Shown: in pieces, positions 47,437 through 58,889 of the stretch
How the letters are laid out: each line of letters begins with the position of its first letter
Numbering within the stretch: position 1 is the first letter of the stretch
NCBI RefSeq assembly: GCF_001194135.2
Contig: NC_068981.1
Span: forward strand, 53,554,717-53,618,716
DNA: 64,000 nucleotides
From: Octopus bimaculoides
Lineage: Eukaryota
Direction: 5' to 3'
Position numbers and translations under genes: made by a program
The notes under the pieces: model-generated
Seen by the model: only the letters and a program-made list of their open reading frames with translations
What the model was told of the DNA's origin: nothing
Databases searched by the model: none

Positions 47437-47474
47437 TTAGTTGAAAAAGTCTAAAAGATGGAAACCGGTACTAA
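47437..47474 (+). ncRNA. Type I hammerhead-ribozyme-like motif (U3-A8 variant), second copy
   Basis: ttag-TTGAAAA-agtc(taaaa)gatg-GAA-AC(CG)GT-A-ctaa; palindromic ACCGGT stem III. Confidence 0.6.
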
Positions 47475-48768
47475 AATGTACTTCATGATAAAATTAGTTT
47501 GGCATTTTCTACCTTATCTTATTTTCCATATACATATCAACTCGTGTGTTACTTTAATACAAAAAATGGGACAAGAACGCAAAGCATCCAGACAGTTAGG
47601 TGATGCAAAAAAGGGGACAACAAAACATTTAGACAGACGATACAAAGAAAACAAGGATGGGTCATTCGGAGTTTTCTTTCCTCAGTCGAGTTCCAGATTA
47701 TCTTTGCAATTTTGGCTGGTTATACTCGAATCTGGCCAGTTCCAAGGAAAATCTAAGCTAAGAGCATTAGATTCCTTGGAAGAAAGCAGCGAATGGATAC
47801 GAAAACAATGACGGAAAAAAACGGGGAAATGTTACACAAATACAAAGCAAATAAAAGGACATAACAACAGGTGTCTTTCGACTTAGGACGAATTAAATTA
47901 AGATGGCATGTGTGGAAGTAAAGCCTTATGGCAGGGACATAAGATTAGACAGGCACAGGGAGGAATATAGATGTTGCACGGATGGTAGTCGAACCACGAA
48001 AGAAGGGTTAGGCTTGGCCGAACACCGGTCACGTAGGGGAGAGAAGAGTGAAAAGTAGAGGTAGAGGGATAGAAGATTGACTCGTCCTTGTTTTCTTTGT
48101 ATCGTCTGTCTGGATGTTTTGTTGTTTCCTTTTTTGTACCACCTAACTGTCTGGAATTTTTGCGCTCTTGTCCCATTTTTGTATTTTTTATATATAAAAA
48201 TATAGCGGCATACGTACACTTTGGTCTTTTATATGTAAGTATATATATATATATATATCTAAATTTTATATGGCTCTATTTTCTTTCTATTCTTTCATTC
48301 TTTTCTTTTTTCTATCAGTCCTTTTACACTTCGTTCATTCAACTCTTCGTTCTTTCGTTCCCTCTCTCTGACATTTCCTGGCCTTCTCTTCATGCTCACT
48401 TTCCCTCCTCTTACACTTCACTCTGGCCCTTTAATTTTTTCTCGCCCCTCTTTAATTCTTCTGTCCCTCTGCCTCTAAGCTTTACTTCCACACATGCCAG
48501 TTTAATGTACTTCGTCCTTAGTCGAAAGACACATGTTGTTATGTCCTGTTATTTGCTTTGTATTTGTGTAACATTTCCCCGTTTTTTCCCGTCCTTCTTT
48601 TCGTATCCATTCGCTGCTTTCTTCCAAGGAATCTAATGCTCTTAGCTTAGTTTTTCCTTGGAGCTGGCCAGATTGGAGCAATCTCGAGTATAACCAGTCG
48701 AAATTGCAAAGATAATCAGGAACTCAACTGAGGAAAGAAAACTTTGAATGACCCGTCCTTGTTTTCTT
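47475..48768. repeat. PLE terminal-repeat units in inverted and tandem arrangement
   Basis: 47556-47663 is mirrored at 48079-48185; 47645-47924 is mirrored at 48479-48768. Confidence 0.8.
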
Positions 48769-49081
48769 NNNNNNNNNNNNNNNNNNNNNNNNNNNNNNNN
48801 NNNNNNNNNNNNNNNNNNNNNNNNNNNNNNNNNNNNNNNNNNNNNNNNNNNNNNNNNNNNNNNNNNNNNNNNNNNNNNNNNNNNNNNNNNNNNNNNNNNN
48901 NNNNNNNNNNNNNNNNNNNNNNNNNNNNNNNNNNNNNNNNNNNNNNNNATATATATATATATATATAAATATGGTAAAGAAGTGCTGATCTCTAACTGTG
49001 GAGGGAACCTACGGAAGAAGTAGACTCAGGAAGACATGGGACAAGGTAGTTTAGCATGATCTTTGAATGTCGTAGTCGTGG

Positions 49082-49230
49082 TCATTTCCAGTTTCGCGTA
49101 AATGGCATGTAAAATGCACCCATTACATTCTCAGAGTGTAGAAACCATGCCAAATCAAACTGGAGCCTGATGCAGCTCTCTGGCTTACCAGTTCTAGTCA
49201 AACCCATGCCAGCATGGAAAGCGTATGCTG

Positions 49231-49284
<54 letters not shown>

Positions 49285-49285
49285 A
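49082..49285 (+). mobile_element. RTE LINE 3' tail with long (GAT)n
   Basis: ccatgccagcatggaaagcg...gatgatgat; further short - strand copies at about 56176-56420, 61520-61690 and 63967-64000. Confidence 0.7.
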
Positions 49286-49438
49286 CATATTTACATGTCC
49301 GGATTAGAGTGACCAATTAAAAGTTAAGCTTTATGAATGGCTCGTCAGACTCAAATGGTGACTGGCATATACCCTTCATATACACATACATACATACATA
49401 CGTACATACATACATACATACATACATACATACATACA

Positions 49439-49469
<31 letters not shown>

Positions 49470-49949
49470 GTATATAAAGTATTATAAATGTGATTCTTCA
49501 AAGTAACTGAGTCATAAGAATTCTGAGAAAAAGTTTTTACAAGCTTAGAAAAAAACTCTCACATTTTCCTGGTAGTTTCATTTATCATTGTATATGTGTA
49601 CAATTAATAGGTATAATTATTTAATTAATATGAAGCTCTCAGATAATAGAGGCTTGTTTGGCCTCAGTTATCTGAATATGATGAAATAGGATAGTACAAA
49701 GTAGAGTATACTTGATAATAAGGGTAGCAATGATAATAACAAATCAAGTTCATTTTTATATAAGATAGAAGAGGAAAAGTATGCCTATGACCTGGTCAGG
49801 TCTTCCATATTGATGGCAAGGGATTAATTTGATGATATCCAGCTTGAGCATCTATAGTAATGGTTCTCAACCACAGACTGCATAGGATTTTATTGTTAAA
49901 ATTTATGTGCAATAAATTACTTATACTTGTACAATACACAAAATATTTT

Positions 49950-50845
49950 AATTACCCTGCACATGTAAGCGAAAGCAGAGTATAGTAATCACTTGTCTTT
50001 GTCTGTTTGTCTGTGTGTTTGCAAATTTACTGGAAAACTGCTGAACGGATTTTCACCACATTTGGCAGAAATATTCATTGGATAAGTGGCTCGAAATGAT
50101 GAACCTTTGGTCTGATTATTTTTTTAAAAATAAATAAATAAATTTATTTTAAAATCGAACTTACAAATTTCCCTATAAGCAAGTGGTCATACTATTTTGT
50201 TCACTTTCTTTTTCATATGAATCGACCCTCGTCTGCATGTGTATAGATCATGGTATACCTATGTGCGTTGACACGTGTGGGTATATACATACATAAATAC
50301 ATAGATATGCGGCTGTGTGTGTATGTGTATGTGTGTGTTTACAATGATGGATTTGAGAGTTTCGTTTATTTACGACTTGATTTCTTAATTTCACTAGAAT
50401 ATAAATACCTACAATGGTGATACATCAAAAAAAGAATTTACAAAATCGAACTTACAGATTTCCCGATAAGCAAGTAGTCATATTATTTTGTTCACTTTCT
50501 TNNNNNNNNNNNNNNNNNNNNNNNNNNNNNNNNNNNNNNNNNNNNNNNNNNNNNNNNNNNNNNNNNNNNNNNNNNNNNNNNNNNNNNNNNNNNNNNNNNN
50601 NNNNNNNNNNNNNNNNNNNNNNNNNNNNNNNNNNNNNNNNNNNTGTGTGTACTGTGATGGATTCCAGGGTTTCGTTTATTTACGAGCTGATTTCTTAATT
50701 TCTCAGGAGTATAAATACTTATAATGGTGATACTTAAAAAAAAATTAATTCAGTTTAATTAAAAAGCATGGGTAAGCAACGCATTTGCGAAAAAGTTTAT
50801 CTGCGCGCAGGGTATGCATCGCCTCTCCGATGCCTTTTTTTTTTT
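49950..50845 (+). mobile_element. HINE (non-autonomous Helentron) with two ~290-bp internal tandem units
   Basis: 5' subTIR TACCCTGCAC (49953-49962), TCTG/TTTG microsatellite, 3' subTIR GCGCAGGGTA (50805-50814), hairpin GCATCG-cctctc-CGATGC (50816-50833), then a T-run; units start near 50151 and 50442. Confidence 0.8.
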
Positions 50846-50949
50846 CATTTTTTATTTTTATGCAATTACTAAAATATTTAATAATAAAAATACAGTAGGA
50901 TTTTTTTTTACACATCAAATGGCTATGGAAGTTCAGTAGAGTAAGATAT

Positions 50950-51400
50950 GAATCAAAGGTGTCCTAGGCAAAAAATGGCCAAGAACCACTGATCTATCAG
51001 AAAAATATGAGTACAGAAGTAATTCCAGCCAGCTGGTAAAAAAAGGTTGAGGGTTGTGTTTGGAAAATGAGATATAGAAAAAGTAATTCGAAGAAAGCAA
51101 GTAGAGCAGATATGTAGCTAGGTAACTATACAGTGTAGCAGAGGCCATTGCATAGCTGATAAAAGAGATAAAGAGAAGAAATAGTTCAGTTGTAAACTAG
51201 TGGTTAAAAGGTATTGGTGATTTAACCTCTGCAAATAAGACAACTGGCTTTCTTTTCTTGGATGTGGTGTAGGATGCATATGTGTATAAGAACAGCACAA
51301 TCACGTGGTTGTGAACCAAATAAAGCAACAACCACATGTTGGATCCAAATAACATCTTCTTATGATTCTTTTTGCTTTCAGCTTGGAACAACCCACCTTT
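50950..51400 (-). mobile_element. Old CR1/L2-like LINE remnant
   Basis: Degenerate SSLSLFYQLCNGLC-like segment similar to the 30.7-31.4 kb remnant. Confidence 0.4.
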
Positions 51401-51759
51401 AGCTTAGATTCCCACTCAAAGAATTTCATATGTGATCAACTGAACTTTATTCAAGTGATTGTCTTTATCTTTAATATTTTCCCCTCGTTCGTCACTCTTT
51501 TAGTTGGAATCTTCAACAATATAATCTCACTTTCCTTAAAATCTTTTAATAAAATCATCAATTTTCTATCAGAGTCAATTCTCTATATGAACAGAAATAG
51601 AAAGTGAAGAATTTATTTTGCTTCTCTTATGTAGTATCAGGGAGAATGGACCTGTTTTTAGAAATAAACAATACTGAACGCACTAAATCATTTCTTGCAA
51701 AGAAAGCATGAATTCTTTTCATTAAGATAGGACACGTGTTACATACAAACACGTATTAC

Positions 51760-54100
51760 AAACATATGTATTAGTTTAACGCTCGTTAAGTGAGGAAGTC
51801 TTTTACGTTTCAAGCCTACGCTCTTCGACAGAAAGGAACACAGAAATAAACAGGGAGAGAAAATAGAAAAAGGTTTAGTGGCTAATGATCTGTCATGGTC
51901 AATATCGGACAGATGGGTCACACAGGAGAGCTAGGAAGAAGGGGGAGATAATAAAGTGGTGGTGATCCCAAAACGAAGGTGCCTGTGCGTATCTATGTGA
52001 GAGCATTATGTGCGTGTGGAAGGGAGCTGGTGACCTTGACGTGTGTGTGTGCGCATGTGTAGGTGTGTGGCTGATGGTGTAGGTGCTGGGAAATGATCAG
52101 TGCTAGTGTGTCCGCTGCTGTGGGTGCTGGGAAGTGGTCAGTGCTAGTGTGTGCGGAGTGGTGTGATGTGGTGTGGTGTGGTGGTGTGTGGTTGGTGTGG
52201 TGTGGTGGTGTTGGGATGGGGGAAGCGAGAGTGGGGAAAGCAGGATCTAACGGATAGGTTGGGGTGGAATGGNNNNNNNNNNNNNNNNNNNNNNNNNNNN
52301 NNNNNNNNNNNNNNNNNNNNNNNNNNNNNNNNNNNNNNNNNNNNNNNNNNNNNNNNNNNNNNNNNNNNNNNNNNNNNNNNNNNNNNNNNNNNNNNNNNNN
52401 NNNNNNNNNNNNNNNNNNNNNNNNNNNNNNNNNNNNNNNNNNNNNNNNNNNNNNNNNNNNNNNNNNNNNNNNNNNNNNNNNNNNNNNNNNNNNNNNNNNN
52501 NNNNNNNNNNNNNNNNNNNNNNNNNNNNNNNNNNNNNNNNNNNNNNNNNNNNNNNNNNNNNNNNNNNNNNNNNNNNNNNNNNNNNNNNNNNNNNNNNNNN
52601 NNNNNNNNNNNNNNNNNNNNNNNNNNNNNNNNNNNNNNNNNNNNNNNNNNNNNNNNNNNNNNNNNNNNNNNNNNNNNNNNNNNNNNNNNNNNNNNNNNNN
52701 NNNNNNNNNNNNNNNNNNNNNNNNNNNNNNNNNNNNNNNNNNNNNNNNNNNNNNNNNNNNNNNNNNNNNNNNNNNNNNNNNNNNNNNNNNNNNNNNNNNN
52801 NNNNNNNNNNNNNNNNNNNNNNNNNNNNNNNNNNNNNNNNNNNNNNNNNNNNNNNNNNNNNNNNNNNNNNNNNNNNNNNNNNNNNNNNNNNNNNNNNNNN
52901 NNNNNNNNNNNNNNNNNNNNNNNNNNNNNNNNNNNNNNNNNNNNNNNNNNNNNNNNNNNNNNNNNNNNNNNNNNNNNNNNNNNNNNNNNNNNNNNNNNNN
53001 NNNNNNNNNNNNNNNNNNNNNNNNNNNNNNNNNNNNNNNNNNNNNNNNNNNNNNNNNNNNNNNNNNNNNNNNNNNNNNNNNNNNNNNNNNNNNNNNNNNN
53101 NNNNNNNNNNNNNNNNNNNNNNNNNNNNNNNNNNNNNNNNNNNNNNNNNNNNNNNNNNNNNNNNNNNNNNNNNNNNNNNNNNNNNNNNNNNNNNNNNNNN
53201 GGTGTGGATAGTGGTAAGGGGATATCTACGTAGGATGAAGTGGCGAACCATGAGTTGAGACTGAGTCTCAAAGTCATGGTTGTCACTGCAGAGTCTGCGT
53301 AGACGGAGGAATTGGGAATAGGAGATGGAGAGCTTGGTGTGCTTAGGGTTGGAGGATGAGAAGTTGAGGTATGAGTGTAAGTCTGTGTGTTTGTAGTGAA
53401 TGGAGGTGGTGAGAGTGCAGTGATGAATGCTGACCGAAATGTCGAGAAAGGCGACTGAGGTGTCGGAAATAGTGCAGGAGAAGTGGAGGGCAGGATGGAA
53501 AGATTTGCAAAAAAAAAAAAAAGAAAGGAGTCTAGATGTTCGCGGGAGAGTGAGGTCGCATCGATACAGTCGTCAATATAACGACCATATAGTTCAGGAG
53601 TGGGACCAGTGAAACTTGAGAATATTTGGGCCTCAACGTAACCAACGATCAGGTTCGCATAGTTGGGGCCCATTCTCGTTCCCATAGTCTGCTGGTAAAA
53701 ATCACCCGTGAACGAGAAGCAGTTAAGTGAGAGGACAAGTTCAGCCAGACGAAGGAATGTGGATATGTCAGGCTGGAGGTTGGGTCGAAGGTCAAGGAAA
53801 TGTTGGAGTGCACGCAGCCCCTCGTGTATAGACTCTTGATGTCAAGAGTGAAGAGAAGTTTAGAGGTGCCAGGAGGGAAGGAGAACAAACGAAGAGCATG
53901 GTTGGTGTCATAGATATGAGAGGGGAGAGAAACCACTAGGGGGCAAGGACATGGTCAAGATATCTGGAGATGAGTTCGGTGGGGAAGTTACAGGCGGAGA
54001 CGATGGGGCGGCCAAGGTTGTTAGGCTTGTGGATTTGGGTGAGGAAGTCAATTCAAATAAACAAATAATAAAATAAACAGACAACAAGAAGACGTGCACA
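51760..54100 (-). mobile_element. Penelope-like retroelement of a second, GC-richer family (RT 53200-54060; endonuclease region probably in the gap)
   Basis: KPNNLGRPIVS, LFTLDIKSLYT, MGTRMGPNYANL, RYIDDC, FHPALHF...VAFLDI...SQFLRLRRLCSD; frameshifted. Confidence 0.88.
51800..51835 (-). ncRNA. Hammerhead-like motif at the 3' end of the second PLE (non-canonical core)
   Basis: cttt-CTGTCGA-A-gagc(gtag)gctt-GAA-ACGT-A-aaag. Confidence 0.45.
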
Positions 54101-54847
54101 AAGAATGTGAAAGTGGATTTTTAGGATAGGAGAGTGTGTGTGCAGTAGTATCTGTGTGTGTGTGTGTATTTGTCTGAGTGATGTACGTAATAGGGTATGG
54201 GTCAACGAACAGGTTAGTAGCTGGTGTTTTGTTCAGTCGAAAGAGGTGAAGGGCGTGTGAGTAAGTGGGTGTGGCTGTGCATTCGTTTGCACGAGTGCGC
54301 ATGACGGAGTGGAAATGTATGTGTGCGTGTACATGCGAGCGCGTACGAGGGCAGTGTGTGCATATGAGTGTGTGTGAGGTCGTGTGGGTGTAGGTATATG
54401 TACGTGTGTGTGTACGTGACGGAGAGGCGAGGTGGCACATCTGTGAGTGCGTGGTGTAACCATGTGTGTGTGGTTTTGTATGTGTACGGGCTTACGTGTG
54501 TGTGTGTGTGTGTGTGTGTAAGTGTGTGCGGGACTATATGTATGTGCGTATGAGTGCATGTGCGTATGTGTGTATGTGAATGTATGTGTGCGCGTGTGTG
54601 TGTGTGTATGCGTGTGTGTGTGCGTGTGTGAGTGTGCTTGTGTGTGTGTGGTGTGATGGGGTGTGAGAGGCGAGATGGCAAGCATGTGAGGGCGTTGGTG
54701 TTGCTGTTGGTATGTGTATTTTTGTCTGTGCGTATGAGTGTGTATATGTGTGAGTGTGTGTACGTATGAGTTATATATATATATATATATATATATTTAT
54801 TTATTTATGTGTTTCAGCCAAGTGGCTGCGGTCATGCTGGTGCATAT

Positions 54848-55836
54848 ATAAAAGAATTTGAAAATTTACTGCGATTCGTTTAGACTTTTTATTGTTACAT
54901 TTTTAAAAATCTAACAGGTTTTACAGGTTTCTCTGATTTTCAAAAGTTGAGTTACAAAGACGTGGAGCTATGCCGTAAGTGCTTTGCTTCTGATTGGAAT
55001 TCAAAAATTCCTTTGTTTTTATAGAGACATGACTCCAATTAGTACCTGTTTGCGATACGTTTTGATTGGCCGAGAATGATCACGTGGTTAGGTTAAGAAA
55101 TGTTTGTAAGTTCCCTGTTAAGTCTATTCTTTAATGTCATGTAACAATATGTTTGGCGCCTACGGTTAAGTGAACATGTCTAGTGACAATCCCAAACAAT
55201 CAGGGCTGTCAATTTTATCTGTCAAATGTGATATTTGACAATTTTATCTGTCAGTGTGATAGAGAAAGATCATGTGATTAGCTTCAGAAATTTTTGTAGA
55301 TTCCCTGCTACGTCCGTGCGTTAATATCATGTGACTACACTTTTACTCTAGCGACCATTGACCTACAAATAAACAAAGAAAATATATTCATATAAAAATA
55401 GCAACCAGCACTGAATAAACTTTAACAAACTACATTCACGAACAGCTATTCACGCACAAATTCATTCTACTGCTTGACACGTTGAATTTATACAAGTAAC
55501 AACCTAAACTTTGGACACAATCAAGACTTTTCCCAGTATGGCACTAATACACAAATTTAGTGGAGAACAAAATTTGATGCCTGCATAGACATAAACCAAA
55601 ATTATTCAACTACTGGGCTCCATAGAAACAACTCCTGTCCACTCCACCACTTGACAGATTAAATTTAGAGAGCCTGGTTTTGAGTTTTTTAACTCCAATT
55701 GGAACAGTTGCAGCGTAGTTCCACGTCTTTCTCACTCGGCTTTTGAAAATCAGAAAAATCTGTGAAACCAGTTAAATCTTTAAAAAATTTTTAATAGAAA
55801 ATCTAAACGAATCACAGTGCCTTTTCAACTTCTTTT
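54848..55836. mobile_element. ~1-kb non-autonomous DNA element with ~155-bp imperfect TIRs
   Basis: 54849-55008 is mirrored by 55680-55836 (for example gattcgtttaga / tctaaacgaatc and ctgattttcaaaag / cttttgaaaatcag). Confidence 0.75.
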
Positions 55837-55954
55837 TTTCTCTCTATTTCTATCCGTGTGGAATAAAATAATTTTACGTTATATATAAAGAAACATAAAT
55901 TTATTTTTGAAGCGCTGAAATGTATTGTAGTACAAGTAGAAAGATATATTTTTC

Positions 55955-56088
55955 AACGCGTAAGTACTGATAGAACAGCATATATAGGATAAAATCATTA
56001 CAGAGCAGAAAAATCTGGTTGCTGACAGATTTTTCTGCTCTGTAAGGATTTTATCCTATATATGCTGCTTTAACAGCACTTACGCGTT
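55955..56088. repeat. 134-bp near-perfect hairpin (63-bp arms, 8-nt loop)
   Basis: Arms 55955-56017 and 56026-56088 have 5 mismatches. Confidence 0.9.
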
Positions 56089-57069
56089 TTANNNNNNNNN
56101 NNNNNNNNNNNNNNNNNNNNNNNNNNNNNNNNNNNNNNNNNNNNNNNNNNNGTATATATATATACATATATATGAAATCATCATTTTGCATCCAGTTTCC
56201 ATGCTGCATGAGAGGGATTTTAAAAATTCAGTGATACTGTTCATCCCGGACAGGTCAGAGGACACCATCTCACTAGTGTGCTTTATTTCTAATTTGGTTT
56301 CTATTTCTGGATGTCCTTCCTAAGACCAACCACTTTACAGAGTGTACTGGATACGTTTTTCCATGTCAGCAGCACTGGAGAGATAGTCATGTGCTCAACA
56401 TGTCAAGGGATCTCTGCTTCTTACCAACCTCTTTGAAAGACATGAAGAATGAGTAATAGGGTACTCAGTATTCTATGATACGCACATGTACTCAACACAA
56501 AGTGGCTTAAAAAAAAGGGTAATGATAAAAGCTATGTGACCTAGGAAAGAGTGCGGTATCAGAGACCCAGGAATGAAAGTATGAAGGCTTTTAGCGATCA
56601 TGGTATATTACGTGCATGATTTTCTCATGTTTTGCTCGTCAATTTCGATCAGTTTTTTTCGTGTCGATGCGTTCATTTTGCTTTTGACACCCAACAAAAA
56701 TGCGCAACGGCGGTATTAAGTTTCACCACCACACTATATATCTCCCTATCTAATAAATACTTTCTACTCACTTCCAGTCACACTCCTTAACCTACGTATA
56801 TATCTATATCTTTCAAACTGGAATATTATATAACAATGCTTATCAGCGTTGCATACACACTTTCTTTCGGTTTTAAACCTCCCTTGACGAACCTTTTCCA
56901 TTTAATTTTTTCACCCATCTTTTTCTTGTTTAAACTCTCTCACCCCCGTTTTCTCATAAAAAAAAATTATGTATATACTTGTTTACAATTGCTTTTATTC
57001 TCGACTTCATCTATGATTCTTAAATTCTAAAATGATTCTAGCCTGGGATTCTCGTTGGATGTAGATATT

Positions 57070-57620
57070 ATGTCTGTAGCAAACTCCTTCCTCTCTTTAT
57101 TATATATACATACATACGTACGAACCTAGCAGATAACAGCTAACCTTTGGGCACTGTTTTGGACCCCGTTGTGTCTACCACTCTGATTGGTTGGTATTGG
57201 CGCAATTTGTCTCTTATTCTATCGTGCGCCAATATGCAACCTAACCAATCGCAGCCTACGAATAAATCACGTGAGACAGTCTGTTCTAAACTACATTTGA
57301 GTCTACCGCTAGCTATAAAAACTCACCTCCTCCTAGTCTTGAGGTCTGTTGGCTCTAGACCTTCTAAGGTCTAACCACTGACAACATTACAGCGACCTCC
57401 ATCTTCGTCGCCACCATCATGTCTCTCACCAACGTCGTCAACAACATCTACACAGCACCAACACACTGCACAGGTTCTAACATATCGCTGTTCGTAAGCT
57501 TCACACCAAGGTTAACAGCAAACATACAACCCACGCAGATGCATGTAGATATATGAATAAATGTCCATCAACCACTTCCAATTATCATTCAGCTTGTATG
57601 TATATACGTGTGACCAGCAT
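57070..57620 (+). promoter_or_regulatory. Solo-LTR-like promoter cassette
   Basis: Four CCAAT boxes (57186-57249), CACGTG at 57268, TATAAAA at 57314, AATAAA at 57556; no convincing TSD. Confidence 0.35.
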
Positions 57621-58369
57621 TAAAGACATTTAAAGTCACTACCTTGATCCATGTATTTCTTTATATCGTGTTCCTGTCAAATGATATTACAGCTTTCACA
57701 TTAGATGGAATACAGCCTATTCGTCTATATATCTATTTAATTTCATCAATACATAATGTTTCGTTTTATTCCATTTCAGTGCATTCATTACTAATATGTA
57801 ACGAAAGAATATTTTGGTTGGCTGACAGAAGAACAAACCTCTGTGTGAAGTCCATATGCAGAAATACTGTGTTTGCAACGAACGATAGAAAAGATATATT
57901 CACACCAAGCGGATCAGTTCGTGCGATTCCACGAGAGATGAGTGTGTCAACAGCCACAGTAGCCGTAGAATTTCATAGCCAAGTGTGTGGTGGAAATTCT
58001 TGAAGTTGGCTTTAGTCGTGTCACGACCATCGATCAGTTACCAGACAAACGATTTATATATACCTAATGGTTTTCCAAAGAAAAGGCGCCAAAGACAAGA
58101 TCGTTAATGCAATTTCAATTTGTTGTTTATCCAAAAATGATCGTTTACAATTACTGCTATTCTAACGAGTTAAACATCTGTTGGTTCTATTGTTTTTTGT
58201 TCTTTTTTCTTTTTCGTTGATCAACTAGCTACTGTGGAGAAACAAGTTCGTCATGTTTCTATCAGAGATTTAAATCTGCGTTAGAATCCAGTTTGTTGTT
58301 TAGAGTTTATTTCTTATTTGAGCATAGTGATTCGGGTTCGATTCCTGTGCAATGTGTTGGTGTTTGGGA

Positions 58370-58795
58370 TTCTGTCAATATTCCTGCTACAAACGTTTAT
58401 ATTATTTTCATCAACGGTCAATCAAATTACCCAACAGATTCCATTGATTTTGAACTGTTACAACCACATTGTCCAAAGGTCCCAACATTGCTATCAGGAT
58501 ACAGGACCAGATACTGCAACAGCTTGGGCTTCAAAAGCTCACAGCTCTTCCAATATCTTCCCACAAAGCCTGAGAGACTTGCATGGCATGGATGTAGGCT
58601 TTTTCAAAACAAAACCAGATCTCCTTCTGTCAAGAGTTCCAGTTCTAGGCTAAAAACACAGATGAGGATAGCAACGTCAAAGACCCTCATCTACCAAATG
58701 TCACATATCAGAGGAGGTTTAGTGAAAGTGTAGCAAAGTAAACGGTGGTGCCCCAGCATGACCACAGTCTTGGATTCAAACTTAGAGAATAAATT
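58370..58795 (+). mobile_element. CR1/Nimb-like LINE 3' end
   Basis: RTRYCNSLGF...LRDLHGMDVGFFKTKPDLLLSRVP...QMRIATSKTLIYQ, followed by tail ggtggtgccccagcatgaccacagtc. Confidence 0.7.
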
Positions 58796-58889
58796 AAAAA
58801 AGATAATATATATATATGAATTAATAAATAATTTATATATATATATATTATATTATATTATATTATATTATATTACATTATATTGGAGT

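Noticed and set aside
48088-48636. 182-aa hydrophobic ORF
   Set aside because: It lies in T-rich PLE terminal repeats and low-complexity DNA.
5413-53258. Many long ORFs in the track (for example 52144-53685, 43573-44423, 6514-7155)
   Set aside because: They are open only because they run through N gaps or microsatellites. Only the PLE and RTE portions have protein signal.
57644-58003. 119-aa ORF
   Set aside because: No recognisable motif, no supporting splice context, and a TTG start.
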